A stretch of 64,000 nt of DNA from Macrostomum lignano (Eukaryota): NCBI GenBank assembly GCA_002269645.1, contig NIVC01002639.1, positions 89,879-153,878 on the forward strand, read 5' to 3'. A program made the translations under genes and the position numbers. A model generated the notes under the pieces. That model was not told the DNA's origin. It worked only from the letters and a program-made list of their open reading frames with translations, and ran no database searches. Of the stretch, positions 9,068 through 21,400 are shown one piece after another; position 1 is the stretch's first letter, and every line of letters starts with the position of its first letter.

Positions 9068-12000
9068 GTGAGTCTTGGTGAAATACTATTAAATAGAGAG
9101 ATTTAAGAGATTTTTATTGTTATTTCCTTTATTGGCTACTGAATGTACGGTAGTAGTTATTCTAGTAGTTAATGTAGCGCTTTCATACATTTAGCATGTT
9201 TGCTATGGTAGCAACCTTTTTTTCAAGTTAAGTTACGCAACAAAAAAGCAATGAACGACTCAAACGACTGCAATGCAACGGAGAGGCGACTGTTGAGTCT
9301 GGAGCGCATCACGTGGGTTGTAAAATCGTGAGAGTCGCGAAAAAGTCGTCCAAGAGTCGCTGTGTTAGCGCTTAACTTTCTACTGACTCAAGTAGACTAA
9401 ACAGAGTTGTTTCAGGAGTCTTTGACTTCGATAAGTTTAGATTTAGAAGCCCACAAGCTTGTAGGCGTAAACAACTTGCTAATTGGTTCAGCAATAATGT
9501 ACATTGGCCATTCCACTGAAATGTACGTCAGATTTAGGCTGGAACGTACAACCGGGGAAGGCAATAAAATTGGGGCGGGGCAGGGGTGGAGGTTTTTTAT
9601 GGAGTCTGAGGGTTTAAGCTGAGGTGGTAAGAGCCAATAAATGAGCCTTGGCTTTAAAAATACAATAAAATTCTTCAGTTTTAACTTACTACTGAACTGA
9701 AAGTAGCTTACACGCAAATGTGCTTGAGTGGCCCATCCAGTTATTCTAGTATCGCTTTTGACGCTCTAGATAAGACTTTAGACATTCAAAATAAGACTTT
9801 AGACATTCAAAATAAGACTGCATAGGATCGCAAGCAAGGCCAGGCTAGCCACGGCCAGAGCAAGCCCAGTCTTGGCTGCAGGGATGGCTTGGCCATAGAC
9901 TAAAAAATGGAATATCAAAATGAGAATAAGACGCTCAATATGAGACCGGGAGTCTCTCCGACCGCCACGAGGTAGGGATTCAACTCTGCCATGGAGGCGG
10001 AACTCCGCAGCGATCCTAAAGGCGGACGCTCTCTTGATCTTGAGAATTTGAGCGGCAGCTAGGATGGTTGATCCATTGTTTACTGCTTCGATCAGACGCT
10101 GACGGTCTGCTGCAGGAATCGATGGTGCCATCACAGTGAAATCCAAGGGGTCAGATGCAACCCAAGGGGTGAAGAAGGAGAGCTGGCTGAGGGTCAGAGG
10201 GTTAGAGCGATATCTGAAGGCTTTCACATTCAGTCTCATATTGAGCGTCTTATTCTCATTTTGATATTCCATTTTTTAGTCTAAGGCCAAGCCATTCCTG
10301 CAGCCAAGACTGGGCATGCTCTGGCCGTGGCTAGCCTGGCCTTGCTTGCGATCCTATGCAGTCTTATTTTGAATGTCTAAAGTCTTATCTAGAGCGTCAA
10401 AAGCGATATCTGTGCCACAGAGCAAGTTATTAATATAAAAAAGGCTACCCATTTCCCGCTTTCCGGCACTCCTCACCGCAGGCAGCGGCCTGCTCAGCAT
10501 GATGGCCTGTCGCCTTGGCGCAGACACGGTGACCGCCTGCGAAGCCTTCCAACCTGTGGCTGAGTGCGCCAGCCGGGTCCTGGCTGCCAATGGTTTTCTA
10601 TTAAATAATGCCAGCGATAGTAGTAAGCCACCAGGTCGGGGTGTTAGATTGATTTCTAAACGATCAACCGACGTTAATCCGGATACGGATTTAGCGGACG
10701 GTGCATTAGCTAATCTGCTTGTTGCTGAGCTGTTCGACACTGAACTGATTGGTGAAGGCGCTCTGCAGTCTTACCAGGATGCCGCTAAAAGGCTGTTAAC
10801 GCCTAATGCTGTCGTACTGCCATGGGAGGGCCGACTGCGCTGCGTGCTGTTCCAGTCCGACACCTTGGCTAGGTATCACTATTTGCAGGTGAGTGAGGGT
10901 GCCAGCTAGATCCGAGTGACAATCCCAGCTAGATCTGAGTGAGAGTGCCAGCTAGATCTGAGTGAGTGAGAGTCCCAGCTAGATGTGAGTGAGAGTGCCA
11001 GCTAGATCTGTGTGACAGTGCCAGCTAGATCTGTGTGACAGTGCCAGCTAGATGTGAGTGAGGGTGCCAGCTAGATCTGTGTGACAGTCCCAGCTAGATC
11101 TGTGTGACAGTGCCAGCTAGATGTGAGTGAGGGTGCCAGCTAGATCTGTGTGACAGTCCCAGCTAGATCTGAGTGAGTGAGAGTCCCAGCTAGATGTGAG
11201 TGAGGGTGCCAGCTAGATTTGTGTGACAGTCCCAGCTAGATCTGAGTGAGTGAGAGTCCCAGCTAGATGTGAGTGAGGGTGCCAGCTAGATCTGTGTGAC
11301 AGTCCCAGCTAGATCTGAGTGAGTGAGAGTCCCAGCTAGATGTGAGTGAGAGTGCCAGCTAGATCTGTGTGACAGTGCCAGCTAGATCTGTGTGACAGTG
11401 CCAGCTAGATGTGAGTGAGGGTGCCAGCTAGATCTGTGTGACAGTCCCAGCTAGATCTGTGTGACAGTGCCAGCTAGATGTGAGTGAGGGTGCCAGCTAG
11501 ATCTGTGTGACAGTCCCAGCTAGATCTGAGTGAGTGAGAGTCCCAGCTAGATGTGAGTGAGGGTGCCAGCTAGATTTGTGTGACAGTCCCAGCTAGATCT
11601 GAGTGAGTGAGAGTCCCAGCTAGATGTGAGTGAGGGTGCCAGCTAGATCTGTGTGACAGTCCCAGCTAGATCTGAGTGAGTGAGAGTCCCAGCTAGATGT
11701 GAGTGAGGGTGCCAGCTTGATTTGTGTGACAGTGCCAGCTAGATCTGAGTGAGGGTGCCAGCTAGATCTGTGTGACAGTCCCAGCTAGATCTGTGTGACA
11801 GTGCCAGCTAGATGTGAGTGAGGGTGCCAGCTAGATCTGTGTGACAGTCCCAGCTAGATCTGAGTGAGTGAGAGTCCCAGCTAGATGTGAGTGAGGGTGC
11901 CAGCTAGATCTGTGTGAGAGTGTCAGCTAGATGTGAGTGAGAGTGCCAGCTAGATCTGAGTGAGAGTGTCAGCTAGATGTGAGTGAGAGTGCCAGCTAGA

Positions 12001-15000
12001 TCTGAGTGAGGGTGCCAGCTAGATCTGAGTGAGAGTGTCAGCTAGATCTGTGTGAGAGTGCCAGCTAGATCTGAGTGAGAGTGCCAGCTAGATCTGTGTG
12101 AGGGTGCCAGCTAGATCTGAGTGAGAGTGCCAGCTAGATCTGTGTGAGGGTGCCAGCTAAATCTGTCTGAGATTGCACAGGTTCCCAGGTTGAAGTCAGT
12201 AGGTGGGTTGCATCAGTCGAGAAAGCCACATCAAAAGCAAAAATAGCACTAAGCAAATCCAAGTTTTACCTGGCTGTGACTCATAAATATGCTGGATTGA
12301 ACCAACACAATGGCCTATTATTACCGAAAAGAACAGTTGAAAGCAGTTCCCAGAGGCTGGATTAATCAGGGTCTTCTCAAAGGCTGCTTTTGTGCTCTAT
12401 TTTAGCATTGCTACTACCAGGACATCTGCTTCCGGCACAGTGGATTCCCTTAACCGGTTCTGACTGCTCACAAACTGCACCCTCTGCCCCGAACCCCCGG
12501 TTCACTCTATTCATAGATTTGCAGAATCTCCCAGTTGCCTGTCTGCAACAATAATTCATCCATTTTTTAACTTCATAAAAGAATACAAAATTTAGGTTGA
12601 ATGTGGGCGGTTACTAAATTTAGTTACTGTCGGTGCATTTACGATCTTCAGTTTACATTCATAGCTTATTTACAGCCAGAGATGCTCTGCTAACGCAATG
12701 CCCATCACTGACTCCTTACCCCTGACTCTTTATGCCTGACTCTTCACGCGTGACTCTCCTCACCCCTGACTCTCCTCACCCCTGACTCTCCTCACCCCTG
12801 ACTCTCTGTCTTTACCCTGACTCTCCTTACCCCTGACTCTCTGTCTTCACCCTGACTCTCCTTACCCCTGACTCTCCTTACCCCTTGACTCTCCTTACCC
12901 CTGACTCTCTTCACCCTGACTCTCCTTACCCCTGACTCTCCTTACCCCTGACTCTCCTTACCCCTGACTCTCCTTACCCCTGACTCTCCTTACCCCTGAC
13001 TCTCCTTACCCCTGACTCTCCTTACCCCTGACTCTCCTTAGCCCTGACTCTCCTTACCCCTCTCTCCTTACCCCTGACTCTTTATGCCTGACTCTCCTTA
13101 CCCCTGACTCTTCACGCCTGACTCTCCTTACCCCTGACTCTTTATGCCTGACTCTCCTTACCCCTGACTCTTTATGCCTGACTCTCCTTACCCCTGACTC
13201 TTCACGCCTGACTCTCCTTACCCCTGACTCTCCTTACCCCTGACTCTCCTTACCCCTCTCTCCTTACCCCTGACTCTTTATGCCTGACCCTCCTTACCCC
13301 TGACTCTTCACCCCTGACTCTTCATCCCTGACTCTCCTTACCACGCCTGACTCTTCACGCCTGACTCTTCTATCTTCCAGTCGAGTCCGTGGCGCCGCGC
13401 TCCCGGCGCGGACGCCTGCCCAGGTCTCTCGGCGCCCCTGGAGTTGCAGCTGTCGCAGCTGATGCCCGGCCAAGATTTCCAGTTGCTAAGCGAACCATTC
13501 GAAGTTCGCCGCTTCCCGTTCGGTCCGCCTGACTGCCTTGCCAATCTGCCGGAGTCCGGCGATGACGTCATCTCGGTGTCCGTTCCCTGGCTTGAGTCCG
13601 GCTTGGAAACTGCTGATGATGCCGAATTGACAGTGACCGGCTGTTTCCTCTGGTGGGATCTGCTGATGGACCCCTGGCCGGAGGCTGAGCTGCTCAGCAC
13701 GGAGCCGGCCTGGGTAGCGGCTGGCGGAGTGGCCCAGTTCCGCGAGCACTGGATGCAGTCGGTGCACTTCTTCCCGACGGTCAGGCGCCTCTACCGGGAC
13801 CAGCGGGACTCGTTGAAACTGCTGCACTGGCACGACGGTTACAGCAACTATTTTGATTTATTACCTGACTCTGCCGCCTCTCCCGCTCCGCCTGCGGCTC
13901 GGTTCTGCTCCTGCGGCATCCATCAGACTGTTAATAGGGCCAGACTAGCGGAAACTCAAGATCCCAGTTATTCTAGTGGTCATGTAGATTGGATTAAATC
14001 CGTATTGGAACTCTGTCCTACCGATCGGGCTTTAGCAACCGTGGGAGATCTGTGCATCCTGCCGCATCTCCTGGCGTCTGCGGCGATCGACCGTCAGCCG
14101 CTTCTGTGCGTTGAGCCCCGTCGGCGCTGCCGGGAGGCTGTTATTGAATCGAACCAACTGCTGCTGTCATCTGGCAGGATTGTTGCCGAGTTGCCTAAGC
14201 TGGCCGAGCTGATGGATGGGGGCTACGGTGGATTGATTTTATTAGGTGAGTTTTGGCCTCGCCTTGTTAAACTCGTGTCTGTTACCTGTTAGATATGTAA
14301 CTGCTGTCTGTTAGACGTGTCTGTTATCTATTGAACAGGTTTATATTACCTGTTAGACAGACGTCTGTTACCTGTTAGACGGGGGCTGTTATTTGTTAGA
14401 CAGATGTCAGTTACCTGTTAGACAGGTTTCAGTTCAGTTACCTGTTGGACATGTTTCAGTTACCTGTTGCACAGGTTTCAGTTACCTGTTACACAGGTTT
14501 CAGTTACCTGTTGGACATGTTTCAGTTACCTGTTACACAGGTTTCAGTTACCTGTTGGACAGGTTTCAGCTACCTGTTGGACATGTTTCAGCTACCTGTT
14601 GGACAGGTTTCAGTTACCTGTTACACAGGTTTCAGTTACCTGTTACACAGGTTTCAGTTACCTGGTTGACAGGTGTCTGTTACCTGTTAGGTGTCAGTTA
14701 CCTGTTAGACAGGTGTCAGTTATCTGTTAGACAGGTATCTGTTACCTGTTAGACAGGTGTCAGTTACCTGTTAGACATGTCAGTTATCCGTTTGACAAGG
14801 GCTGTTACGTGTTAGACAGGCGTCTGTTAGCTGTTAGACAGGTGTCTATTACCTGTTAGGTGTCTATTACCTGTTAGGTGTCTGTTATGTGTTAGACAGG
14901 TGTGGTGTGTTACAAATACCCGCAGCCGAGCCCAGCTTCGCCTCCAGCCTGCTGCCCTGGGACGACCTGCGCTTCTGGCACTTGGCTGCGGCCGGCTGCC

Positions 15001-15647
15001 CAGCAACCCCGGCGCCGCCCATCAGTATCTATCCCAACGTGTGCCGGATAATGGCTGCCCCAATGCTATTCGACAATTTGCATAAGCTCCGCGCCCCTGT
15101 AGGACCGGACGGTTGCGAAGGCTTCGATCTGTCCGAGTTCGACCGGCTGGCGGAGCCGGCGGCCGAGGCCACCTGGTCGCGGCTGGAATCCCAGCCGTTG
15201 TGGGAATATCCCGGCCAGCTGCTGGCCCAGCCTAAACTGCTGCTGGAGCTGCGCTGGTCCGAACATTTTCTAGGTCGGCATACTACTGATAACAAAGAGT
15301 CTAGTAGTAGTAGTATCCAAAGCGAATTGTGTGAATTTTTTTTCAACAATTCGGCGGCTAACGGTGTCGCCCTGTGGTGCGATTGGTTCGCTGAAGTTGT
15401 TCAACAAGTTGACGCCAACGAGATTAAGAGATTATATCCGGTGTTGTACAGCGGTTTACTTCCGGTTAAGAACCCGGCGCCGGATAGACTGGGTCCCAAC
15501 CATTGGAACAGGTTCAGGCGGCAGGGTGTGTTGATGCTGACGCCTGGCAGGGGGTCCTCACCCATCGCCAAGGACCGCCGGCGGCTGGCGCTCACAGCCA
15601 AGTACGAGTTGGATAGCGCCGAGTTGGCTGTGTCGGTTGCGCCCTGA
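8833..15647 (+). CDS. PRMT7: Protein arginine N-methyltransferase 7 (two tandem PRMT modules), 4 exons, 742 aa
   Basis: Exons 8833-9067, 10482-10888, 13381-14245 and 14926-15647 total 2229 nt, all GT-AG with phases 1/0/1. PRMT7 motifs: YGDMLHD..RN..YY, VLDIGTG|SGLLSMMA, ANLLVAELFDTELIGEGAL, REHWMQ, AEPSFASSLLPW, RLESQPLWEYPG. Confidence 0.93.
9375..9745. repeat. Unclassified interspersed repeat, copy 1 (copy 2 at 40700-41065, mostly inverted)
   Basis: agaagcccacaagcttgtaggcgtaaacaacttgctaattggttca ... ggcaataaaattggggcgg is the reverse complement of 40825-40952; both copies also carry ctactgaactgaaagtag and tgagtggcccatc.agttatt. Confidence 0.7.
9752..10406 (-). mobile_element. Internally deleted Tc1/mariner (IS630-Tc1) element with ~175-bp TIRs, TA flanks and an N-terminal HTH fragment
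   Basis: TIRs 9752-9946 and 10233-10406 (TCGCTTTTGACGCTCTAG...) with TA at 9750-51 and 10407-08. The interior encodes MAPSIPAADRQRLIEAVNNGSTILAAAQILKIKRASAFRIAAEFRLHGRVESLPRGGRR, a paired-like HTH with a GRPR-like motif. Confidence 0.85.
10482..10888 (+). CDS. PRMT7: PRMT7 exon 2 (SAM-binding and double-E loop)
   Basis: ccgcag|GC AGC GGC CTG ... TTG CAG|gtgagt. Confidence 0.92.
10889..12170. repeat. ~23-27-bp minisatellite starting at the PRMT7 intron-2 donor
   Basis: gtgagtgagggtgccagctagat / ctgtgtgacagtcccagctagat variants. Confidence 0.95.
12715..13370. repeat. 16-bp pyrimidine-rich minisatellite ending at the intron-2 acceptor
   Basis: cccctgactctcctta tandem copies. Confidence 0.95.
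13381..14245 (+). CDS. PRMT7: PRMT7 exon 3 (THW-loop region EHW)
   Basis: ttccag|TCG AGT CCG ... TTA G|gtgagt. Confidence 0.88.
14280..14900. repeat. ~22-bp minisatellite filling PRMT7 intron 3
   Basis: gtttcagttacctgttacacag variants. Confidence 0.9.
14926..15647 (+). CDS. PRMT7: PRMT7 exon 4 (second module, stop)
   Basis: ccgcag|CC GAG CCC ... CCC TGA. Confidence 0.88.
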
Positions 15648-15829
15648 GCATCGGCTAATCATTGACAGTCTCAACCTTATTGGTTACTAGCTGTGTAGTT
15701 CGATTGTTTAAAATATACATTACATTGTTTTTGGCATTTTCTATTTGTTTCGACTCTTTATCTGAGTAAAAATTTTTGTTTTTTTACATTTTGTGCTTGG
15801 TTACTGATTAGTGATTAATATGATTGCCG

Positions 15830-16460
15830 AACTGGTTGGCCCAGCAACTGAGGATCTGGGAGGCTGGCCCAGCAACTGAGGATCTGGAGGCTGGCCCAAC
15901 AGCTGAGGATCTGGGAGGCTGGCCCAGCAACTGGGGATCTGGAAGGCTGGCCCAGCAACTGAGGATCTGGGAGGCTGGCCCAGCAACTGAGGATCTGGGA
16001 GGCTGGCCCAGCAACTGAGGATCTGGGAGGCTGGCCCAGCAACTGAGGATCTGGGAGGCTGGCAGCCCAGCAGCGGAGGATCTGGGAGGCTGGTGGCCCA
16101 GCAACTGATAAACAGGATCTGGGAGGCTGGCCCAGCAACTGATGAACTGAGGATCTAGGAGGCTGGCCGAGCAACTGTCACTCTGGGAGGCTGGCCCAGC
16201 AACTGAGAATCTGGGAGGCTGGCCTAGCAACTGGGGATCTGGAAGGCTGGCCCAGCAACTGGAGATCTGGGAGGCTGGCCCAGCAACTGGGGATCTGGGA
16301 GGCTGGCCCAGCAACTGAGGATCTGGGAGGCTGGCCCAGCAACTGAGGATCTGGAGGCTGGCCCAACAGTTGAGGATCTGGGAGGCTGGCCCAGCAACTG
16401 GGGATCTGGGAGGCTGGCCCAGCAACTGAGGATCTGGGAGGCTGGCCCAGCAACTAAGGA
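15830..16460. repeat. 28-bp minisatellite
   Basis: aactgaggatctgggaggctggcccagc tandem copies. Confidence 0.95.
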
Positions 16461-17029
16461 TCTAAAAGCTGGGGTTGGTGCAGGCTTCATAAAAATCAAC
16501 TTAACAAAGTAGCAGCATGTAAACATTGAATAAAGTGCTAGACAATTATATTGCCTCAATATAGATATATATTTTTAGTATGCTAGAAGACTGTTGGCTT
16601 GCCAACTGCGGCGCTTAATAATAGATTTTTTGTTACAAAATGAACAAAAACGTTGACAAATATGCACGGCAGTTAGACTCTGGGTCACTTTGGGCAGGAA
16701 AAATAGAAAATCCATCTTTAGGAAAGCAGAGAAAACGCGATTATGTTTCAATACAAATCTTGACAAATTAGATCAGTTAATTCTATTTTTGCTTCGGAAT
16801 TACATGCATGGGACCGGGCACAGCCATTTTGTGTGAGGGGTATTCGTACCCGCTATTATTGCATTGGGAAAGCTTTTATATAATATAAGTAGATTAACTT
16901 ACTCCAGGAATGAGCTGTGCAGCTGCAGGGTTAACACTACTTAAAAGTATTACTTTTTATGTATTTTTGTGAGACAAAAAGTGCTGCTTCCACGGCTTGA
17001 TTGTTAAACTGTAGTAGATATTCATATTG

Positions 17030-17190
17030 GGCTGGTTACCTTCCCAGATCTTCAGACTATGTAGGTTACCTTCCCAGATCTTCAGACTATGTAGGTTACC
17101 TTCCCAGATCCTCAGACCGGGTTGGTTACCTTCCCAGATCCCCAGACCCTGTTGGTACCTTCACAGATCCTCAGACCGGGTTGTTTACCT
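17030..17190. repeat. 30-bp minisatellite (~5 copies)
   Basis: ggttaccttcccagatcttcagactatgta variants. Confidence 0.85.
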
Positions 17191-18278
17191 TCCAGATTTT
17201 CACACTGGCATTCTCCTAGGCCACTGCATTTTAGCCGTTTACTTGCTAAAGACTGTTTTGTTCCACGATTTTGCAGTATCCACGATTAGCTAGTCTTGTT
17301 GAAAAAGACCCAGCTGCAGATCTCTGTCATAATTGCATAATTACAAGCTAAGAAGCACGTCTCTCGCAGCTGTACTCAGTACCTGGGCCATTAGTCGGTG
17401 TTGGAGTTGCTTGGTGTGGCACACAGAATGAAAACGAAAAGCGAGTTCGGGATTAACACAGATTAGGGCCCGGTGCACAGGTGGAGCGAGGCGTAAATTA
17501 TAGCAGTAAAATACACGCGAATCTGGCGAGAGCGAATGACCAATCAGACTATCGAAGAATAACTATTTTTAAACACGTTAGATAAAACAAAAAAGCTATT
17601 TCGAAAAAAACAAATCGGGAATAAAACAAGATAATTGCTTTGACACACAAGCAGTTGCGTCACAATTGACCAAGACGGGACAAAACTTAACAGCCAAAAC
17701 ACAGCACAACGGATATGCTAGTGTGCAATAGCTGGCTTCTTTGCGCCCGCAGAATGCATAAATTAATTGCCTACGAAATCAAAGCTGACAAGAAAAGTAG
17801 TTCTGACGAGTAATCGGCCTTTGTTGGAACAGGGTTGAGAATATCTAGCTTCACTTTCTGGTTACTCTTTGTCATTTCATATCGTTTATCTAGACACTTG
17901 TACACGCTCGATATTGTCTGGTTGAGGCTCATTGTTTAATCAACCTCCATCGACATATTTCAGATGAGCAATCTATAATAATTCCTTCATCCACGATTTC
18001 AATATGCTTGCTTCTACTTTCGTCTATGGTTAAAACACCGTCAATGGTCTGTGTGGCATTGGTCTGTACTCTCCCCATGCACTTTTTTAGCCACTTTTTT
18101 AGACAATCGTCGAAGCATGGGTTGAATATTATTGGCCGTCTTTAACTGAGCTCTCGACATCTTAAATAACCGTCAATCGTCCGATAGTCGAAATTATAAA
18201 AAAAAATTTGAGCTAGCGAATGTGACTAGCAAGAATGTTTGACGATGAGAAACTTTGAGCTCGGGAAAACCGACTGGC

Positions 18279-18480
18279 CTAGAGTCCTGACGAGCCGTCT
18301 CCATCGGGAAAGCGAACGCCCGATGCTGTTGCGGCCTCGCCAGCATGGGACTGCAGTTTGCTGTGGACTTTCATGTGCCTAGTAATCATGTCTCTCCGAC
18401 AGGCGGAGTAGTTGCACACGCTGCAAATGTACGGCTTCTCACCCGTGTGCGTTCGCATGTGAGTGCTCAGGTGGTCCGAT
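18279..18480 (-). CDS. klu: klu-like exon 2 (end of finger 2, finger 3, stop); absent from the ORF track
   Basis: SDHLSTHMRTHTGEKPYICSVCNYSACRRDMITRHMKVH...GL*. Confidence 0.9.
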
Positions 18481-21400
18481 CTGAAGCGGTTGGAAATGCG
18501 TTTAGGGTTTGCTTTTCATAGCTGCGCGAGTGGGTGTGACTTGAGTTAGTTCATGGCCGAAAGTGCGATATATCATGACCAAAGGTTGCTTTCTTCGTAA
18601 CTTAACTGCGTATCTCTTCTCCAAATTAGATTAAGAGAGAAGCAGTGTTATGTGCCCTGGATTTTTTGACCAGAGCGCAATATGCAATCAAGGACCACTA
18701 GAAGTTACCGTTGTATGCAATGAAGCAAAAATGTTAACGGAAGGGGTTTTAACTGAGGAATGTTTCAGAACAGAAGACTGCCTGGGTTTAAAGAGTGGAA
18801 TGCTATCGATGATTTAAGACAGACTGCATGGGTTTAAAGAGTGGAATGCTATCGATGATTTAAGACAGACTGCATGGGTTTAAAGAGTGGAATGCTATCG
18901 ATGATTTAAGACACAGACTGCATGGGTTTAAAGAGTGGAATGCTATCGATGATTCCAGACACAGACTGCATGGGTTTAAAGAGTGGAATGCTATCGATGA
19001 TTTAAGACACAGACTGCATGGGTTTAAAGAGTGGAATGCTATCGATGATTCCAGACACAGACTGCATGGGTTTAAAGAGTGGAATGCTATCGATGATTCA
19101 AGACACAGACTGCATGGGTTTAAAGAGTGGAATGCTATCGATGATTCCAGACACAGACTGCATGGGTTTAAAGAGTGGAATGCTATCGATGATTCCAGAC
19201 ACAGACTGCATGGGTTTAAAGAGTGGAATGCTATCGATGATTCCAGACACAGACTGCATGGGTTTAAAGAGTGGAATGCTATCGATGATTCCAGACACAG
19301 ACTGCATGGGTTTAAAGAGTGGAATGCTATCGATGATTCCAGACACAGACTGCATGGGTTTAAAGAGTGGAATGCTATCGATGATTTAAGACACAGACTG
19401 CATGGGTTTAAAGAGTGGAATGCTATCGATGATTCAAGACAGACTGCATGGGTTTAAAGAGTGGAATGCTATCGATGATTTAAGACACAGACTGCATGGG
19501 TTTAAAGAGTGGAATGCTATCGATGATTCCAGACACAGACTGCATGGGTTTAAAGAGTGGAATGCTTTCGATGATTCCAGACACAGACTGCATGGGTTTA
19601 AAGAGTGGAATGCTATCGATGATTCCAGACACAGACTGCATGGGTTTAAAGAGTGGAATGCTATCGATGATTTAAGACACAGACTGCATGGGTTTAAAGA
19701 GTGGAATGCTATCGATGATTCAAGACAGACTGCATGGGTTTAAAGAGTGGAATGCTATCGATGATTTAAGACACAGACTGCATGGGTTTAAAGAGTGGAA
19801 TGCTATCGATGATTCCAGACACAGACTGCATGGGTTTAAAGAGTGGAATGCTTTCGATGATTCCAGACACAGACTGCATGGGTTTAAAGAGTGGAATGCT
19901 ATCGATGATTCCAGACACAGACTGCATGGGTTTAAAGAGTGGAATGCTATCGATGATTCCAGACACAGACTGCATGGGTTTAAAGAGTGAAATGCTTTCG
20001 ATGATTCAAGACACAGACTGCATGGGTTTAAAGAGTGGAATGCTATCGATGATTTAAGACACAGACTGCATGGGTTTAAAGAGTGGAATGCTATCGATGA
20101 TTCCAGACACAGACTGCATGGGTTTAAAGAGTGGAATGCTTTCGATGATTCCAGACACAGACTGCATGGGTTTAAAGAGTGGAATGCTATCGATGATTCC
20201 AGACACAGACTGCATGGGTTTAAAGAGTGAAATGCTTTCGATGATTCAAGACAGACTGCATGGGTTTAAAGAGTGGAATGTCATCGATGATTCAAGACAC
20301 AGACTGCATGGGTTAAAGAGTGGAATGCTTTCGATGATTCCAGACACAGACTGCATGGGTTTAAAGAGTGAAATGCTTTCGATGATTCAAGACAGACTGC
20401 ATGGGTTTAAAGAGTGGAATGCTATCGATGATTCAAGACACAGACTGGGTTTAAAGTGTGGAATGTCATCGTCGCCTATCAATGAGAAAGTCAAGTCCTC
20501 TGTACATCCCGCGTGAGCGTCTAACTACACTTACAAAAATAAATTCCAGCTTACAAGCGTGCATGCCTATAGAAGCAGCAGCAGTAGCATTATGTTATGT
20601 CCTGAGCTGCGGAATGATACACTCTCAAGCAGTCCAGGGTGTCGCATGACTTTTGGCAATGTTTACATAAATCGATGATGCGATGCATACATGTAATTTG
20701 GACCTGGGGACAGGACCTGTGTAACGTGAATCCCTATACGATCCTCGTATATTAATATCTCACTAATTCACAAGACTGCTATGCACACAAAATCTTTATA
20801 TCTGGCTATTAGCGATCAATATAAATTTAGCCTTCAACTAAGCTTTGCCAGTGCAAAATAGAATTGGTTGCACTTGCACTGTGCCAGCGACTGTTTATGG
20901 CTGGCCTTCCTATGTATGTATATGCTGAATTTCTCACGGAGTACTATTGAGCTCTGTATACGCAATTGTGTAGCGAAGCCAAACACCAGATTTTACCAAC
21001 TGATCTGAGAATTGCATGCTAGATCTGCGGCAGACTGACCGCGTACGCGGCATGTACACCCGTTGCACACTAATAAATTTGCATATCGCTTCTCTTGATT
21101 CTTTTAGTGAGGATTTTATGACGATAGCTGCAGCTGATACAAATTAATAGCAAATTTTCAATGAGGTGTTCGTGTTAGAGTAATAACTTCGGCACTGACT
21201 AGCTAACTGTAATCAGCTGGTTTCAGGTCTTGAGCTCAAGTGTCAGATTCAATCGACAAGTGTCAGCTTGAATCCGATAGTGTCAGGCTCTGTGTGTCAA
21301 TCATACAATTGTACCCCATATTACTTTCTGCACTATTGAGTACAGACCTAGGCAGCCTAGCTAGACAAATTTGAAAGAATTGACTCGTTGACACTGCAAG

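Noticed and set aside
9799-10272. 157-aa ORF as a stand-alone gene
   Set aside because: Its ends are translated TIR sequence; only the central HTH fragment is meaningful.
8833-15647. PRMT7 as an unusual enzyme variant
   Set aside because: Motif I, the double-E loop and the EHW loop look canonical, and length differences are small loop insertions.
18775-20455. CRISPR-like appearance of the regular 48-bp repeats (also the 31-bp and 45-bp arrays)
   Set aside because: The units are head-to-tail with no unique spacers, no cas genes are present, and the context is spliceosomal introns.
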